A DNA stretch of 64,000 bases, taken from NCBI GenBank assembly GCA_964188305.1, contig OZ076893.1; one strand, given 5' to 3'. The first letter of the stretch is position 1. Every line of letters starts with the position of its first letter. This document shows positions 60,461 to 64,000 of this stretch, in pieces. The notes beneath the pieces were generated by a model. It was given only the letters and a program-made list of their open reading frames with translations, was not told the origin of the DNA and did no database searches. Position numbers and translations under genes: made by a program. Origin of the DNA: Podarcis bocagei. Its lineage: Eukaryota.

Positions 60461-61220
60461 AGTGTTATGGGTAGCTGGCTCTTAGAGCAGTGAAACTGGT
60501 ATTCTGCCTGTTCTGGGTGGACTTGCATCCTCCCTGACAGAGGAGATGCCATCTGAGGGCACTCCCTCAAACACCTCTGTTGCTGGAGACTAAGGTGGCG
60601 TCAGTGGCACTGCTCAGGCTAGTTCATCAGCTGTGACTGTCCTTGGATAAGGATAAATTAGCTGCAGGGATCCATACTTTAATAACCTCTCAGCTGGACT
60701 TGAAAGGTGATTTGGAGACATCAAAGTTGGTCTGAAAAAATTCTGTCTGGTGTGGATAGGTGAAATTATGTTATAACAATTCTACCTATTCACTTCCAGA
60801 CGCAATTTAGGTTGCAAGTGCTACCCTTTAAAAAGTCATAAATGGCTTCTAGACCCAATACCTGAAAGAGCACTTGCTCCCAGATGGGCTTACCCATGCA
60901 TTAAGATCATTGAGGTATGCTCTATCTTATTTTTATGTACTTAATTTATCTTAGATGGCCTGTTGCCTTATATATTTTTCTTTTCTGTATCGAAAATTTC
61001 AATAAAAATATGTTTTTTAAAAAAACCTGAGGCCCTTCTCTAAGTGTTGACACTTGCTGAAGTGTGCTATGCATGCACAAAAGAAATGGCATTTTTGTAG
61101 CGGCATGTTGATATCAGACTACCCTCCCCAGAGAAATTCAAAGAACAAGAGAGATTGATCAAATTTTGGAACATGGTAACCTTCCCTGGGACCTTATGGT
61201 AAAGGGCAGGCAAGAAATTA

Positions 61221-62082
61221 CAGTGGTGCCCCTCAAGACGAATGCCTCGCAAGACGGAAAACTCGCTAGACGAAAGGGTTTTCCGTTTTTTGAGCTGCTT
61301 CGCAAGACGAATTTCCCTAGGGGCTTGCTTCGCAAGACGAAAAACGAAAACGTCTTGCAAGTTTGTTTCCTTTTTCTTAACACCGTTAATACAGTTGCGA
61401 CTTGACTTCGAGGAGCAACTCATAGAACGCGGTGTGGTAGCCTTTTTTGAGGTTTTTGAAGACTTTGGTGATTTTTGAAGCTTTTCCAAAACTTCTTTTA
61501 AACTTTTAAAACTTTTTTGGGGGGGTTTTGGATTTTGGGTTGGGGTGTTTGGAATTCAAGGACTTGGTGTTGGGGAGGGGTTTGCAAGAATCTGGAAGCT
61601 TGTGTGTTTTTTTCTGCATTTTTATGATTTTCTGTGACCATTGGGACACTCTGCTGGTTTTTTTAAAAAAATTATGGATTTGAATTTCTGTGTGGTGGGT
61701 GGCTGGGGGAACAGTTGAGGAGGGGGTTCTTCAGCAAGAAGCAAAGAGTGGAAGAGGAACCTTCTTCGAGTTGTCCCCCAGAGTCTTAGAAAATGTACTG
61801 TACACTTTATTGATTTTTAAATGTTTTTCTGTCATGTTTAAAAACTTAATTTATTGTTCCTTCAATTTTTGAAATGCTCTTTACAGTATGTGTTACTTTA
61901 AAGTGCACTTAATAAACTCTTGTTGTACCAAATTTGGCTTTGTTTGGACTTTTTTTGACCATAAGAACGCATTAATTGGATTTCAATGCATTCCTATGGG
62001 ATTTCGTGCTTCGCAAGATGAAAAATTCGCTAGACGAAAAAACTCACGGAACGAATTAATTTCGTCTTGCGAGGCACCACTG
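61221..62082. mobile_element. Tigger/pogo-like non-autonomous DNA transposon
   Basis: 22-bp TIRs (cagtggtgcc..caagacgaa, 2 mismatches), TA TSD, subterminal cgcaagacga repeats. Confidence 0.88.
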
Positions 62083-62284
62083 TATCATCATCATCTTATT
62101 CATGTCTACTCAGAAGTAAGTTCCACTGAATTTAGTGAGGCTTCCTCCTGGGTAACTGCGTTCAAGATTACAATGTTATTTATTTATCCATCCTGCCTTT
62201 TAAGGCATACCCCACTCCCAAAGTAGCAATCTTTGAAATGATATAAAATGTAACCTCTGGCTAGCGATACTTACGAAAAAGGTA

Positions 62285-62452
62285 CCTCACTTTTTCGTGT
62301 ATAAGACTAGGGTTTTTTTTATTTTAAAAATATGTTCAAAATTGTGGGTCGTCTTATACACGAATACAATCTCCCCCCATTTTCTCAAAAGATGCCCCCT
62401 CAAATAGGGGGCATCTTATACATGGGGGCGTGTTATACACAGAAAGACACGG
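62285..62452. mobile_element. Degenerate Tc2/pogo-like MITE (related to 294-553)
   Basis: Ends cctcactttttcgtgtataagac / gttatacacagaaagacacgg with TA flanks. Confidence 0.55.
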
Positions 62453-64000
62453 TATGTTTTCATCTACAAATGTTGCCAATAAACTGCCTTTGACAAACTA
62501 ACAAGTAAAGACTACAGTCTTAAACACAGGTACCAATAAATAAGGGTGCAATTCTAATCCAATTTAGATGGAATAAACCATATTGAATTCCATAGGACTT
62601 CATTCTGAGTTGTCATGGTTAGAATGACACTGTAGCTCTTGTTGAATCTGAGGGAACTTTCGTCAGAGTAAGTATGCTTAAGGTTGTGCTGTAAACCTAT
62701 AAAAAGAACCCTGGATTATTGTGGTGTATACCAGCTAGAGTTTCTCAAGAAAGCCTTGCCATCTACTTATTGCAGCATAGCAAGTAAAATACATATTTGG
62801 TGCCCTGAAGGCTGACACAGTGCCAAATACAAATGTCTCCGATGCTCTGCAGTTTAGTAATCCTTTCTTGTGGTTATGCTTCAGGATCGAAATGCAACTC
62901 AGTAAAGATAAGAGTACTTTTCACCTGCTTTTCTAAGTTCAAAACAACCTCAGGACAAGAAGACTAAAATATATTTTCTAAATTTACATAAAACGAGACT
63001 TTCACAGATGGGCAGCACATGGTTCCCATAAGTCCAGTGCGAAAATTGCTCTATCACTTGTCATTTGTACACAGTCTTTTCACATTTCTGGCAGCATGTG
63101 TCTTAAACAAACAGGAATTGAGACAAGCAAAACAGATGGTCTCACCTCCCATCAAAATGAAGAGGGGGAGAAAGTTGCAAAGAGATACATTTCCTAAAAT
63201 TCTTGCTATGAATTAAGAAGAGCTACTTCAGGCCTGAGATCACTTGTCTTTATCCTGAAGTAACAATGGGTAAAAGGGGAAGGGAATATTGGTAGCTGGA
63301 CTTGCAGAGGGAACAAGTGACACACATCTCAGACAGCCCATGTGACAAAGCGCTCCAGTGGAAATGACAGTTCATCCTAGTTGAATGTTATGAATCAATC
63401 CATGTCCACAAGCACACCTAGCTTCTCTTACCAATGCTAGAAATCAAGTTCTCTGGATCTTGGGCAAGGCCTAAAGGAAGATCCTCTGAGATCTACAATC
63501 AAGAGGCAATTCAAATATTCCCCAGACTAAGGGCCAGTTTTTACTTTTGCTTTGGAAAGAATGGCTCTCCTAGGGTAGACTCAAAGCATTATTACAACAG
63601 TAAAGGTCCTGCATGTGTTGCCACCAAATGCACTTTAGATATTAGGGCAGCAAAACCTCTGAGATGATGTTAAAATGCAGGCAGGTTCATGTGGCAGGAG
63701 GTGGTCCTTTAGGTATCCTGCTCTTAAACTGTTTGCAGATTTAAGAGACCTAGCAAGCATTTTGCATTGAACAATCTCTTTTTAAAATGTTGCAAAAGAT
63801 AACTGGCTTGTTTAGGTGGGAAAACTGTTGCTGCTTCTTTTCCACTTTCCTCAGGCCGCATGGTCCTTCAGATTCCTCTATGGTGACAGTTAGGAAGGAC
63901 CACTTTGGAAACTGGGTAGTGACAGTTACTCAAGCTTCTTTCTTCTGCATTGCATGAAGCTAGTCCTCAGCTGTTGAGCAGACAACTGGCAGCTACAACA

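Overview
Vertebrate (squamate reptile, probably a lacertid lizard, judged from Sauria-type SINEs and CR1 LINEs) non-coding region with no recognisable host protein-coding gene. The centrepiece is a miR-124 hairpin at about 31283-31367 (+). Its mature 5p and 3p arms match canonical miR-124, and its loop and 3' flank match the miR-124-2 paralogue. It lies in a ~15 kb CpG-rich, almost transposon-free domain (~19.2-35 kb). This domain holds a probable host-transcript promoter and first exon (donor at 25004), a strong acceptor at 30280, one canonical and three variant REST/RE1 sites, and two perfect CREs. The flanks are TE-rich: two near-identical, oppositely oriented young CR1 LINEs (one with an uninterrupted 2.6 kb ORF2 frame), older CR1/L2/RTE fragments, several SINE families, Tc1/mariner- and hAT-type MITEs, a solo LTR nested in a hAT MITE, 7SL- and 5S-derived fragments, and a 125-bp tandem array with 250-bp higher-order structure. 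There are three N-gaps. I found no clearly new biological system. The best leads are the regulatory and processing architecture of miR-124-2 and the promoter-like tandem array. All family assignments come from recalled consensus sequences; no database search was run.
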